Notes: generated from the letters alone by a model not told the origin. DNA of 63,797 nucleotides, filler included, from Octopus bimaculoides (GCF_001194135.2; 7 parts of 6 records of this genome joined end to end with filler, not necessarily neighbours in it); one strand, 5' to 3'; counted from the whole stretch's first letter, positions 13,701 through 27,332 are shown. Numbers and translations: made by a program.

Positions 13701-14971
13701 AGAATATATGGTACAATCTTCGAGACAGAAACAGAACAATATTAGACGATAGTCATCTCACTAACGGTTCAGCCGGTTGTCATTAAAGAAAGAATCCTAG
13801 AAGTTCAAACACTGGATACCGAATCTGATTTCACTATTATATTCACACCCATAAGACTCGGATGATATTCTAATTAATTAAAAATTCCCTTGGAGCGATA
13901 ATATTTCCAAGTGCAATAACTACAAATAGAAGAGTATGAAAGAACTTTCCATAACTGTCTTGAATAAATCTGCTGCTGCTTCCAATCAGTTGCCATAAAT
14001 AGTTCCATAGCCAGAGGCTTTGTTGACAACTTACTGAGATTATTTCCAGAACATCATTACAGGCGGTTTAGTGATCTCCTTGTGAGGTGATGCAGTGTTA
14101 AGGAAGAGATGTAAGGCAATTTTCAAATTGCTTCTCTCTTTCCATCTACCCACCCCCTATGTCTATCTCTATGTCTGTCTGTATGCATGCGTGCGTTCAG
14201 GCACGCACGCACACACGTACGTATCGCTCTACCTACCTACCTACCTACCTACCTACCTACCTACCTACCTACCTACATGCATACATACATACATACATAC
14301 ACATTCGCTAGCTTTCTTACAAAAAAATCTAATGTTCTTAGCTTAGACTTTTTGCGGAGCAACCAGATCGAACTGTCTCACGTGTAACTGCCCAAAACAG
14401 TAAAAATATCTAGTAAACGTGACTGAGGAAAGAAGGCCACGAATGACCCGTCATATTTTTCTTGTCCTTCTAATTTTTGTTTCTACTGTCTGCGTTTGTA
14501 TCATCTATCTGTTCGAATGTTTTATTGTCCTCTATTGCGTTTTTGAATCCATCTTTTATATTTATATATACATACATACATATACACACACACAAAGACA
14601 TACGTTTCTACTATAGGGCCTAAAATTTTGTGGGTGTAGGATAGCTGATTACATCGACACTGGTGCTTACCTGGTAGTTATTTTCTCCACCCTGAATAAG
14701 CCGAAAGGCCAAATGAATATCGGCGAAATTAGACTATGTTCATGCAGGTGAGAGGGTATAACCAACACTTTGCAGCATTCATTTCCGCTCTTCGTGTCTT
14801 AAGTTCAAATTCCGATGAGGGTCAATTTGCCTTTCATCCATTAAGGGTCCATAAAATGGATAATCATAATCTATTCTCCACGCCTCTGAAAGTGCTGGCC
14901 TTGTACCACAATTTGAAACTATAAGGTTAAAACAATTCTCTACATTTCCTGTACTATTATATATACGTGTG

Positions 14972-15003
<32 letters not shown>

Positions 15004-15013
15004 GTATACATAC

Positions 15014-15048
<35 letters not shown>

Positions 15049-15058
15049 NNNNNNNNNN

Positions 15059-15121
<63 letters not shown>

Positions 15122-15820
15122 CACATGCATATATATGTTTTATACACACACAACACACACACTCACACACATATATACGACTTTATAAATGTGCGCATGC
15201 ACGTTTGTATGGGTTCTTTTGTGACCTTGTATTATATATGAGTGTTCTTATCTTCATATGAGCTTTCGTTTAATGATGCCATTATGTATCCAGTAATGGC
15301 TCTATAGATATGTATATGACCAAAAGATCAGGAGATAAGTTAGTAAGCTATGTAATGATATATCTCGGAGGAAGCAATATTACCATAAAGTTAGAAGTGT
15401 TCTACCAAACGCTGAAAGAAAATAGAAAATGCAAAGAGATTAAGGAGGCATTAATTTCGTAATCATTCCGACCATCGAATACCAATATATTTATGTATGT
15501 ATGTATGTATGTATGTATGTATGTATGTATGTATGTATGTATGTATCCATGCATGTATGTATGCATGTATACATGTGTGTATGTGTATATGGTGGGGTCT
15601 TGGAGTTGTGCTCATCATTGAAATGTCTCTGTTCTCTGTTCTTTCGCATCCGTTCTCATCCATACATACCTTTATACATACTCGGATTCGTATACGACCA
15701 GGTATATGAACCCTTACGCTTATTCACAGCAGTATACATGTAATCGCATATAGGCACCTGGACGGTTATACATATATGTCTGTGTGTGTATGTTTGTGTG
15801 TGTCTGTGTCTGTGTCTGTT

Positions 15821-15865
<45 letters not shown>

Positions 15866-16304
15866 ATATAGGATAAAATCTTTATAAGAATTTATCAAGT
15901 AGTCAGCGTGAAAAAACCCCATAATGAAAAAAAAACTAATTNNNNNNNNNNNNNNNNNNNNNNNNNNNNNNNNNNNNNNNNNNNNNNNNNNNNNNNNNNN
16001 NNNNNNNNNNNNNNNNNNNNNNNNNNNNNNNNNNNNNNNNNNNNNNNNNNNNNNNNNNNNNNNNNNNNNNNNNNNNNNNNNNNNNNNNNNNNNNNNNNNN
16101 NNNNNNNNNNNNNNNNNNNNNNNNNNNNNNNNNNNNNNNNNNNNNNNNNNNNNNNNNNNNNNNNNNNNNNNNNNNNNNNNNNNNNNNNNNNNNNNNNNNN
16201 NNNNNNNNNNNNNNNNNNNNNNNNNNNNNNNNNNNNNNNNNNNNNNNNNNNNNNNNNNNNNNNNNNNNNNNNNNNNNNNNNNNNNNNNNNNNNNNNNNNN
16301 NNNN

Positions 16305-16338
<34 letters not shown>

Positions 16339-17098
16339 TGTGTTTGTGTCTAGGGATATATATATATAAGTATAATTTTAGAATAACACTTATGTTCTAA
16401 TTCTTATTCAGCGCATTCACAAACACGTGTTTATTTAAACTTTTAAACTGTCATATTTATTATTATATATTTATACTTATACATGTTTACATACATATAT
16501 ATATATATATTTATATTTTTAATACAACAACTATTTTACATACGTATATATCTTTCTGAAGAATTTTCTAATATTGGTTTCCTGATATTAATAATAATAA
16601 TATATTATATAGAATATATACAATCGCTCGTATTAAATACATAAATACTTTAATAGAATTAATATTTTGATACAATAGAGCACTCAATATAAATTCAGTA
16701 TATAATATTCTCAATTGAATATGTTTAACTAAAGATTTATATAACATATCAAATATATAAAAATACCAGTAATTATTAAAATATATATATTATATATGTA
16801 AAGCATAATATGTTATTCATGTATGTATATTGTTATAATGGTTTTTAAAAAATAAATAAATAGAGATAATATAATGTCTAAAAGTTGATGAATACCACCT
16901 CTTGATCCCCTCCATTTTCTTATTGCCGTATAAATTAAAAGTAAAACAACTGTTTACCCTCACCCATTTATTACATTCAGTGGTGTAATTGCCATGGAAT
17001 GAAAACACACTTGTGTTTTAATAATTGAGTATTCTACCAGCAGTATATTGGATAGATATTATCCCTTAGTTGGTTGGATTCACAACCTCTAACTCTCT

Positions 17099-17136
<38 letters not shown>

Positions 17137-17302
17137 AAATTTATTTGCCAACATAACGTAGCAGTCCAGAATAAGACTATGTTACTACTTTTTAACCCCA
17201 GGAAAACATCTTTTCCATCTGGTTTATCGATACATGATTTGAATCCTAGACATGCTGTAAGTGAGGGGGGGGGGTATTANNNNNNNNNNACTCCCTTCTT
17301 GC

Positions 17303-17333
<31 letters not shown>

Positions 17334-17355
17334 TTTATGTATGTATGTATGTATG

Positions 17356-17389
<34 letters not shown>

Positions 17390-18176
17390 TGTATGTATGT
17401 ATGTATGTATCAAGGTGAGAAACATGCGGAAGCTTAAACGCAAATTGAGAGGTACAGAACCTTATGGATTTTTATATACTTACATAAATCTATATTTTTT
17501 ATGACATTGAAAATAAACTTTAAAATCAATTTTGCAGTAACTGCAGCACGGTAGGGAAGTGAGACGTAGGAATTTTATGTTACCAATATAACTTTTATCT
17601 GGAAAGAAAAGTGATGCATCGTTAACAACAGCACAAAGAAAAGATGGAAAGGAAGTCACCGCCCATTTGATTTAAAAGCGAAACGAAAATCTGACGAGTT
17701 GCTTGAAACGCATCAAAGTTTAGTTTAGTTTGAAGTGGCGTGATTACAGAATGTCATATGAAAAGAGAAACTCAGATTTGTTTCTTCCAATAGGAAGTAA
17801 TGTTGTGGTCATCTACTTTCCGCAAGAGTTTTATGCACAAACTCCTTGGCATTTCCTTAGTATCTTGAATTCTACCTGACAGCGGTGAAGAGGAGAATAG
17901 TGACGGATGAGTGAATTTCTTGTCAGAAGTAGATATTGGAAACTTTCGGCAGTAAAATTAGTTTAATATACATGCTTGATTTCAAGTATACAAAATAAGA
18001 CCAGAACCATACCCATACACAGAACCATAGCCGTACATTTACACACATCCTTATAAACCCTCACACACATCCATATGAGGTTGTCTGTCGTGAATAAGAG
18101 AGGTCGACACTGTGTTTCGTCTGGGTGTGCTAGGTTTGTATGCAAGTTACAACTGAAGAAATGATGGAATTTGCAC

Positions 18177-18232
<56 letters not shown>

Positions 18233-19308
18233 GTCTGTCTGTCTGTCTGTCTGTCAATCTGTCTGTCCATCTACAAACACACACACAAACATACACACGA
18301 GCACACATACACACTTATATTTAAATCTGTGTGCTTATAATTCCTGTCGTAGGGTACGATGGGAGAGTGGTAATAAGATAAAGAGAAGCAAAAGAGAGGA
18401 GGAGGAAGAGGAGGATGAGGAGGATGAGGAGGGTGAGGAGGGGCAGCAGGGGAGCAGGGGAGGAGGAGTAAGATGAGGGTGGGGAAGAGGAGAAGGGAAG
18501 AAGAAGGAGGAGGAGAGGAGGAGGAGGTGAAGAAAAACAAGAAGAAGAAGAAGGAGGAGGAGGAGGAGGAGGAGGAGAAATCGACTACTAATTAAAGAAA
18601 TACTCCGTGGTGACAGGTGCACGCATTAAATAGGACAATTTGGCGTCTTGCAACTGTTGAAGCAAACTGCCGCTTACGTCTAAGTTTGACGCTGGTCTTT
18701 TCTTCAAACACACATTGTTGCTGTATTATTATATTAGAAAAAGGCTTTATGGCAGATAATATTAGTGAAAAAAAGATNNNNNNNNNNNNNNNNNNNNNNN
18801 NNNNNNNNNNNNNNNNNNNNNNNNNNNNNNNNNNNNNNNNNNNNNNNNNNNNNNNNNNNNNNNNNNNNNNNNNNNNNNNNNNNNNNNNNNNNNNNNNNNN
18901 NNNNNNNNNNNNNNNNNNNNNNNNNNNNNNNNNNNNNNNNNNNNNNNNNNNNNNNNNNNNNNNNNNNNNNNNNNNNNNNNNNNNNNNNNNNNNNNNNNNN
19001 NNNNNNNNNNNNNNNNNNNNNNNNNNNNNNNNNNNNNNNNNNNNNNNNNNNNNNNNNNNNNNNNNNNNNNNNNNNNNNNNNNNNNNNNNNNNNATATATA
19101 TATATATACGTATACTCACACACATATATATGTATATATATGTAAACATATATTCATAATGTAAATGAACATATATATATATATATACATAATAATCACT
19201 CTCACATACACACACATACACACACAGACATAGATGTACCGTGCTACTCGTTTTTTCACATTGTATCGCAGCTTGCAAGTTTAATGTAGTTATATTTTAT
19301 GCTTTTTA

Positions 19309-19349
<41 letters not shown>

Positions 19350-19350
<1 letters not shown>

Positions 19351-19656
19351 CTATATATATAAAAATGAGAATGTGTGTCTGTCTGTCTGTCTGTGTGAAT
19401 CCCTAAAACTCGAGAACTACGCAACCAATTTCATTCAGATTTTACACATGCCTTACTTAGGGTTCCAGTTGTGTTTTAGTCAAAAAAAATTTTAACTTCT
19501 TGCAGAGTTCGAGCCCACGGCAACATAATATCTCCTCCACTATTTGAGTATTACGTGTCAAAAGTGAAACAAAAACACTCATGTCAAATACTTTCACTTT
19601 AAAATGAAACTATTCTACTAACTGAAACAATCACATTTCGATACTGTAATGACAGA
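19350..19656 (+). mobile_element. Non-autonomous Helitron-like 5' end
   Basis: A|TCTATATATATAAAA start followed by (GTCT)n and CAACCAATTTCATTCAGATTTTACAC, the common layout of metazoan Helitron-N 5' ends. It runs into a gap. Confidence 0.6.
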
Positions 19657-19756
19657 NNNNNNNNNNNNNNNNNNNNNNNNNNNNNNNNNNNNNNNNNNNN
19701 TTAATTAATTAANNNNNNNNNNNNNNNNNNNNNNNNNNNNNNNNNNNNNNNNNNNN

Positions 19757-19829
<73 letters not shown>

Positions 19830-20055
19830 ACATATGTATACATATACACACACACATACATACATGCATGTAGACATACAAGCATAGGCAATATTTTGGT
19901 ATTAGTATATGACATCAGTCATAAGTGAGTGTGTGTGCTTGACTTCGATTCTGTTGAGCAAATGAAAAGCAATGTCACACTCACTCATGGTGTCAGATTT
20001 TTACTGAAAGATTTCCTATGTGGTATATATATATGTATGCATCTATGATATATAT

Positions 20056-20385
20056 GTGCGTTAGTGGTTAGAGCGTCAGACTTGCAATCATGAGGTAGTG
20101 AGTTCAATCCCTGAACGGAGCTGTGTGTTGTGTCCTTGAGGAAAATACTTTATTTCACATCGCTACAGTTCACTCAGCTGTAGAAATGAGTTGTAACATC
20201 ACTGGTGCCAAGCTGTACCAGCGTTTGCCTTTCCCTTGGATAACATCGGTGGCATGGAGAAGGGGAGGCTGGTATGCATGGGTGACTGCTGGTCTTCTAT
20301 AAAATCAACCTTGCCTGGACTTGTGCCTTGGAGGGGAACTTTCTAGGTGCAACCCCATAGTCATTTATGATCAAAAGTGTTCTTT
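20056..20385 (+). mobile_element. tRNA-derived SINE, family B
   Basis: TAGTGGTTAGAGCG A box, GAGTTCAATCC B box, TGTGTCCTTGAG CORE-like segment. Homologous to 54822-55432 and to the 3' fragment at ~59150-59220. Confidence 0.78.
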
Positions 20386-21195
20386 TTGGCAATCACTTGC
20401 TTTTGGTTTCAGAACTGTCAAATGTTCATTAGCTTCCATGCAAAATTTTTATTTATTTACTTTTAGTTTCATGACCTATCACAGTTGGCATTTGCTTTGA
20501 AGTTGGAAAGTGACAGAAGAGACGAGTGCTAGCGTGCACGTATGTACGTGTCTATAAAAGATAATAGCCGTTTGTGTGCATGTGTATGTGTGTGTGTGTG
20601 TGAGTGTGTGCGTGTGTGTGAGTGTGTGCGCACGCATGAGTGTGTATGTATGTATGTATGATTAAATAATTAAAAATATATTTGAAAAAATGCACATGTA
20701 TTTTTTCAAATATATTTCATATTGAAAGGAATGAGAGGTAAAAATGGAGAGCTTGTTCTCGATGGAACACGGAGTGGGTGCTCTCTGTCATTGTACCAGC
20801 ACCAGAGGCGTGTACTTTGCTTACAGTAAATGTGAATGAAGAGAATACTCAGTAAACCAAGGTGTGTAGCCAAAGGGAGAGAATTGCAGAGTGTGTAATG
20901 ACAGCAGAGAGACCAGAAATAGTTTGTCATCGTCATTGTCACTCCCACCATCATGATCATTGCCACCACCACCACCACCACCATTGTCATTATCTTTGAT
21001 ATCATTTCATTGACGTCATTGTCATTGTTAACATTGTTGTCATTGTAGTTGTTATTAAGGACATTAGTGCAAAAGATTTCTATTATAACAATGACATAAT
21101 TGTTGAGATGTATCATAATTATGACTTCATGGTTCAGAGTTGATGTTTCTATCATTCCAGAAAAGGACCATTTAACTGATTGATATAAAGTCACT

Positions 21196-21722
21196 CGTAG
21201 ACTTGATACAACACTACAAGACTTCAGAAGCAATAAGAAGATCATGGGTGGTATCACCCTCCTCATGGCTGGTGACTTCAGGCAAATGCTACCTGCCATT
21301 CCCAGAGAAACAAGGGCAGATGAGTTGAGAGCTTGCATCAAGTCCTCATATATCTGGCAACATGTCAAGCAGCCTACTCTAACAACCAGCATGGGGGTTC
21401 ACATTCATGGTGACCCGTTAGCCACACAGTTCTCCAACAAGTTACTTGACATTGGAAATGTAAAACTTCCACAAGATCCAGAAGATAGTCTGCACCACCT
21501 CCCATGTGGCAATATGACTGCCTCCCTTGAAGAACTAAACAGCAAGGTGTTTCCAAACATTGCCACAAACTATAAAAATCACAAGTGGCTGTGTGAAAGA
21601 ACAATTCTGGCACCAAGGAATGATGCTGTACACAAGCTGAATCTAAATTTGTTGTCTCAGCTTCCAGGACCTGAATGCTCATACAGATCAATTAACTCTG
21701 TCCCTGATCAAGAATAGGCTGT
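21196..21722 (+). pseudogene. Helitron PIF1-like helicase fragment
   Basis: LDTTLQDFRSNKKIMGGITLLMAGDFRQMLPAIPRETRADELRACIKSSYIW...FSNKLLDIGN...WLCERTILAPRNDAVHKLN has the typical Helitron RepHel helicase motifs (GDFRQxLP, ILAPxN). Confidence 0.9.
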
Positions 21723-21724
21723 GG

Positions 21725-22465
21725 GAGGGAGCAAAGGAGTTGCCAACTGTGGCATCCCAAATGAGGCACCTACCTCTAACCTAGAGACAGAGGATAAGAC
21801 CCTTTAATCTCTTTCCATCATTTCTGGATAACCCCAACAGTTCCAGAAGTGAGGCGATATTAATCTGTGCCAGGGCCCACTTAATTATTAGGTTTAGCTC
21901 AGTGTGACGAGTGAAGCAACCAACATTTAGGCAACAAGACAGACTGTGAAGATTTGTGGGGTTGAGGGGCCTACCACAGTGGCATCTTAGTCCCCTACAG
22001 ATATCAGCTCCCAGTCTGAGTGCGATGGTGATGTGAAGTTCATCTAGACTGAGTAGACCTCCAATGTTGGTTACAGGCAGGGCATCAATTCAGTACCCTG
22101 AGAATTTTGCACTTGCTGAAAGTAGGTGACACCTTCAAAATTGATCAGATTGATCAATAAGAGAGTTGAAAGTGGCACCAAAATGCAGATTGTCCCATAC
22201 TCTCTGTTTCCATCTATCCTCCACTATAACTGGAACTGACTAACCCAACTCTCTCCACTGTAATAGAGTTTCATTTATCTCCCAGTCAAAATTAGTCCAT
22301 GTTGGAGAAGAGAGGATGTTGCCTACCAAAGGGGAGCAAGCATGGATGGGGGAAAGAAAACAGGGAAGAGATAAAGTCAAGCACTTACACAGACCCTAAC
22401 CCTCAAACCATTTGGGCAAAGCAGCTTGGTTGCGGGAGTCTGGGGAGAGTTTGACATTGACCAAG
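21725..22465 (-). pseudogene. CRE-type non-LTR retrotransposon C-terminal zinc-knuckle/restriction-like endonuclease fragment
   Basis: QRVWDN...ALPVTNIGGLL...IALRLGADICRGLRCHCGRPLNPTNLHSLSC...RHTELNLIIKWAL...LSRNDGKRLKG...CLIWDATV matches the LRLG-CxCG-HxLxC-RH-RxDGKRPDG-WDxT pattern of CRE-clade elements. Confidence 0.75.
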
Positions 22466-22469
22466 CATT

Positions 22470-23850
22470 TGTGTTTTCCTTACAATGCTGAATAAAAATC
22501 CTGTAGAAGTTAATGAGGCCGAGAAATTCTTGTAACTTCCTTAATGATGTAGGAACTAGAATATTTGTAATGGTATGAACTTTTTCCTTTAACAGATGAA
22601 TTCCATTTTTATCAGTGACATGTCCCACAAATGTAATAGAAGAAACAACAAAAGACATTTACTGGAGTTAATTATCACACTGAACTGTGATAATCTGATA
22701 AAAGTTGTTCCAAGTGCTATATATACTACTCTTCTGTAGGGCTAGCAAGTAACAAGTCATCGATATAGGTACAAACAAAATCTAAACTACATGTGATATC
22801 GTCAATAAATTTTTGGAATGTATTAGTGGTGTTTTGAAGACCAAAAGGCATTTTAAGAAATTTGAAAAATCTGAAAGGGATAATTATGGTTGATTTAGGA
22901 ACATCAGTAGGTTCTATAGGAATCTAGTTGTAGGCACGTATGATATCAAGCTTTGAAAAGACAGTACAAGCATGTAAAGAAGCTGGAAAGTAATGAATAT
23001 GTGGAAGTAGCTGCTTACCTGGAACAATTAAGGTATTTAAAAATCTGTAATCTCCACAAGGACCCTAGTCTCCTTCGGACTTTTTTGGAACCATGTGGAG
23101 AGGAGAAGGTAATTACTGTAGGACAGTTGAATTATTTCCAAAGTCTAACATGTAATCAAATTCATACTTGACTAAATCAAACTTGTTCATGGTGAAACGC
23201 CTACATGAAACAGGAGGTCCCTTTGTGATAATATGATGTGCAACAGAGTGTACTGGACTCTCATTATTAAAAGCAGTGTGAGTGATGCTTGGAAATTTCT
23301 TTAAGATCATATGATTAGATGTGAGTGGTACAAAAAAAAACGGACTGACAATAGCAGGTTTAGAGTACATAACCTGTGCTGATAATTTCGTATCTGAATC
23401 TATCAGTTGCATGTGATTCAAATCTACAAGGAAGCCAAAATGAGGCAGGAAGTCTGCACCATGGATAGGATATAGAAAATCTGCAATTATGAAAATCCAC
23501 TTCAATTAATGCCTCAAATTAAGATAGGGTGATGGCTGATAGTTTCTGTGATTCACACAAGAATTTACCAAGCCATATGCTGTAAGCTGTTCCTGTATCA
23601 ACTAGAAAGCGGTGCTTTGAAATGGTGTCAGAGACAAAAAAACATGACAAATATCAATGATATTTTGGTCAGGATTGTAGATGCCTTTAATCCCTGGTGA
23701 CAGAGTCTTCCTGTAGTTGAGCAAATGACTTTGAAAGAACAGGTTTGAATACACTTGTGTACACACACCAAAGTGATTATGAGACCACCAAAACAATGAA
23801 GACTTTCTTCGAGGACTGAAAGAATGCTTTCTACAAATTCTCTGGTCAAA
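22470..23850 (-). pseudogene. Ty3/gypsy LTR retrotransposon gag-end/pol fragment (protease, RT, start of RNase H region), decayed
   Basis: FLVDTG protease motif (~23600), WIFIIAD..GADFL, HSVAHHIITKGPP, SPLHMVPKK..CGDYR, KMPFGL, YIDD (22756-22767) and FVGH...FLGLINFYRIFI. Multiple stops and frameshifts. Confidence 0.92.
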
Positions 23851-24334
23851 ATCTCAAATTCCAATTTGAGCATGTATGGTATATGGAGAACTGTAACTGC
23901 TCGGGCTTATCTGCTAAAGCTACCAAATTATCTTTCCTCATGCTCTATGCCTGTCTCTCTTTCTCTATTCTGTTCCTGTAGCCAACTCAAAAGTGTCATC
24001 TCTCTCCTCCCCTGCTATTGCATCATTATTACCATCTTGCTACTAGCAACCTTCTACCTTCCTCAATTCATGCTTCTCTCACTCCCTCCATCTACCCTTC
24101 AACCCCTCCGAATTTTTACAGATGTTGCCTTCCCCTCTCTGTCGCATTTCCCCTATTTCTCCCTCAGACACTCTTGCACCCCCCCACCCCACCCACACAC
24201 ATACATTCTTAGCTTCTCTACTGCACTCACCACATGACACTTGGACACCTCATCATGACTGTCTCTTTGAAGACACTATTGATTCATGCTCACATGCTCT
24301 CCCCTTAATCTGAGTAACCATGTTGCTAATCTAC

Positions 24335-24562
24335 AACAGGAACATGCAAGCTGCATGGTGACCTCAAGAGTGCAGGTGGCATGAAAAAGTACCCTGTGCA
24401 CACTGTAAAGTATTTGCAATTAGGAAGGGTATCCAGTCATAGAAATCATGCCAAAGCAGACACTAGAGCACAATGCAATTCCTGGTCCCATTAGATCTTT
24501 ATCAAGCCCTTCGACCCATACCACCATTGATTACAGACTTTAAATGATGATGATGATGATGA
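24335..24562 (+). mobile_element. Old RTE-type 3' tail fragment
   Basis: Diverged AGGAAGGGTATCCAG...TTAAATGATGATGATG tail homologous to the other RTE ends. Confidence 0.6.
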
Positions 24563-24864
24563 TATGTGTGGACACATATGTATGTAGTTTAGAGAGGACA
24601 CAACAATTTGTAAATTGAATAGACCACTTGCTCAGAGCCCGAAAATTGTTTGGAGACACAGGGCGTGTTATAAAACCTTCTCTCCAATGTAAGAAACTAT
24701 TGGTTTCAAATTTTGGCACAAAGCCAGCAGGTTAGGGGGAGGGGTTAAGTCAATTAAGTCGAACCAGTGTTCAATCGTATTTATTTTATCAACCCCGAAA
24801 AGATAAAAAGTAAAGTTGACCTCAGCGGCATTTGAACTTGGAATGCAAAGGCGGTATTTAGGCA

Positions 24865-25255
24865 GTGTTACACATCCCAGCACCCCAATAATTACAGGTA
24901 TAAAACTGAATTTGTAATCTGGATAGAGTAACTGTAGACTTCTCAATAATTCAGCCTAGGTATTTTCTTTTTTGCTGATCTTTAGCTTTACAATAACATC
25001 TGCTGGGCAGCTGAATTTTACAACTGTACAGTTTCTCTTCTCTATCCCAAATCACTGTTATGTCTATTATCTTTACATTTTTTTTGTGATTTTCACTGGG
25101 ACATTCACCAGTACTCCTTTTTATTATGAGTGGCTATGGCTTCTACTATACTGTGGGTTCTTATTTCTCTGGCCTCGGGGTCAATCTTCTGATGGATCTC
25201 ATTATACAGTGTCTTAACTACAACATCATGTCCCATCAACAACAGGGTATTTTTG
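24865..25255 (-). pseudogene. R4/Dong-type RLE non-LTR retrotransposon C-terminal fragment
   Basis: HDVVVKTLYNEI...EYW...VIWDREEK...VKFSCPADV...KKEN..ELLRSLQLLYPDYKFSFIPVIIGVLG across frameshifts. Confidence 0.7.
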
Positions 25256-25635
25256 TTTATTTGCATGTATGTAATTGTTCAGTTTTTATGTATGTATGTA
25301 TGTATGTATGTATGCATGTATGTATGCATGCATGCATGTGTGTATCTATACACGCACATACATACATATGTACGTGTTAGGATAATTTTTCCCATTGTTA
25401 GCTAAAGTGGCCTTTCGGCTGAGAAGGGAGTATAGTTTTTAAATTGATTGTTAAAATTTAAGGGTGAAATTACGGAACGTATCCCAAAATTACAGTCTAT
25501 ACTATACAATTCCGTAAGTGCGAAATCTGTTAACGTAGTGGATCTGTGTGCATGAGTGTATGTGTGTGTGTGTGTATTACAGAGAGAGAGAGAGGTAATC
25601 TTGCTACTAATTTCCATTTACTTAATATTTTTCTA

Positions 25636-25822
25636 ATCTAGGCACAAGGCCCGAAATTTTGGGGAAGGGAGCCAGTCGGTTAGATTGATCCCAGTACGCA
25701 ACTGGTACTTAATTTATCGACCCTGAAAGGCAGAGTCGACCTCGGAAGAATTTGAACTCAGACTGTAAAGACGCTAAGCATTTCGCCCGGCGTGCTAACG
25801 TTTCTGCGAGCTCGCCGCCTTC
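25636..25822 (-). mobile_element. tRNA-derived SINE, family D
   Basis: Reverse copy homologous to 53066-53290. Confidence 0.75.
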
Positions 25823-26129
25823 CATTCCCTAAATATTGAAGAAGGAAAATGATCCGAAATTACGTGGGTAAAACTTACTTGCGCCCATTTATTAAGATTA
25901 TAGTTTTTTTTAAATGAAAATTTTATTCTTATTTTATCTTTTAATATTTGATTTAAATATTTCAGAAACTGAAAAGCCTTAATGATACACGGTATTTTCA
26001 TCGGTGGCGAAAAGCTGGCTAACATGGGTNNNNNNNNNNNNNNNNNNNNNNNNNNNNNNNNNNNNNNNNNNNNTTAATTAATTAANNNNNNNNNNNNNNN
26101 NNNNNNNNNNNNNNNNNNNNNNNNNNNNN

Positions 26130-27218
26130 GCGAGATCGTTGCCGGTGCCCCTGGACTGGCTCATGTGCAGGCGGCACATGAAATCTTTCGAGCGAGATCG
26201 TTGCCAGTGCCCCTGGGCCGGCTCGTGTGCGGGTGACACATGAGGTTTTTCGAGCGAGAACGTTGCCGGTGCCCTTGGGCTGGCTCGTGTGCGGGCGACA
26301 CATGGAATCTTTCAGGTGGGATCGTTGCCGGTGCCCCTGGGCTGGCTCTTGTGCGGGTGACACATGAAATGTTTTGAGCGGGATGGGATCGTTGCCAGTG
26401 CCCCTGGACTGGCTCATGTGCGGGCGACACATGAAATCTTTTGAGCGGGGTCGTTGTCAGTGCCCCTGGACTGGGTCATGNNNNNNNNNNNNNNNNNNNN
26501 NNNNNNNNNNNNNNNNNNNNNNNNNNNNNNNNNNNNNNNNNNNNNNNNNNNNNNNNNNNNNNNNNNNNNNNNNNNNNNNNNNNNNNNNNNNNNNNNNNNN
26601 NNNNNNNNNNNNNNNNNNNNNNNNNNNNNNNNNNNNNNNNNNNNNNNNNNNNNNNNNNNNNNNNNNNNNNNNNNNNNNNNNNNNNNNNNNNNNNNNNNNN
26701 NNNNNNNNNNNNNNNNNNNNNNNNNNNNNNNNNNNNNNNNNNNNNNNNNNNNNNNNNNNNNNNNNNNNNNNNNNNNNNNNNNNNNNNNNNNNNNNNNNNN
26801 NNNNNNNNNNNNNNNNNNNNNNNNNNNNNNNNNNNNNNNNNNNNNNNNNNNNNNNNNNNNNNNNNNNNNNNNNNNNNNNNNNNNNNNNNNNNNNNNNNNN
26901 NNNNNNNNNNNNNNNNNNNNNNNNNNNNNNNNNNNNNNNNNNNNNNNNNNNNNNNNNNNNNNNNNNNNNNNNNNNNNNNNNNNNNNNNNNNNNNNNNNNN
27001 NNNNNNNNNNNNNNNNNNNNNNNNNNNNNNNNNNNNNNNNNNNNNNNNNNNNNNNNNNNNNNNNNNNNNNNNNNNNNNNNNNNNNNNNNNNNNNNNNNNN
27101 NNNNNNNNNNNNNCTCATGTGCGGGCGACACATGATATCTGGACTGGCTCATGTGCGGGCGACACATATCTTTCGAGCGAGATCGTTGCCAGTGCCCCTG
27201 GACTAACTCTTGTGCCTG
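26130..27218 (+). repeat. 62-bp tandem array derived from the RTE 3'UTR unit
   Basis: Unit GAGATCGTTGCCRGTGCCCCTGGRCTGGCTCRTGTGCGGGYGACACATGAAATCTTTCGAGC starts at 26132, 26194, 26256 and onward. At least 7 visible units flank an internal 633-N gap. Confidence 0.88.
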
Positions 27219-27332
27219 TTCTGCCTGCTCTGATGTTGCATTGGTTATATAACTTTTTTACTTGTTTCAGTCATTGGATTGTGGCCATGCTGGTGCACTG
27301 CCTTGAGGTGGCATACTGTAATTTTTTATGAT

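Noticed and set aside
17685-17720. CTGACGAG...GAAACGCATC
   Set aside because: No stable stem II and no stem I partner.
22377-22658. Functional gypsy-CRE fusion protein
   Set aside because: Both parents are riddled with stops and frameshifts; the in-frame join is most likely chance.
26130-27218. CRISPR-like appearance of the hairpin array
   Set aside because: Units are contiguous tandem copies with no unique spacers, derive from an RTE 3'UTR, and the DNA is eukaryotic.
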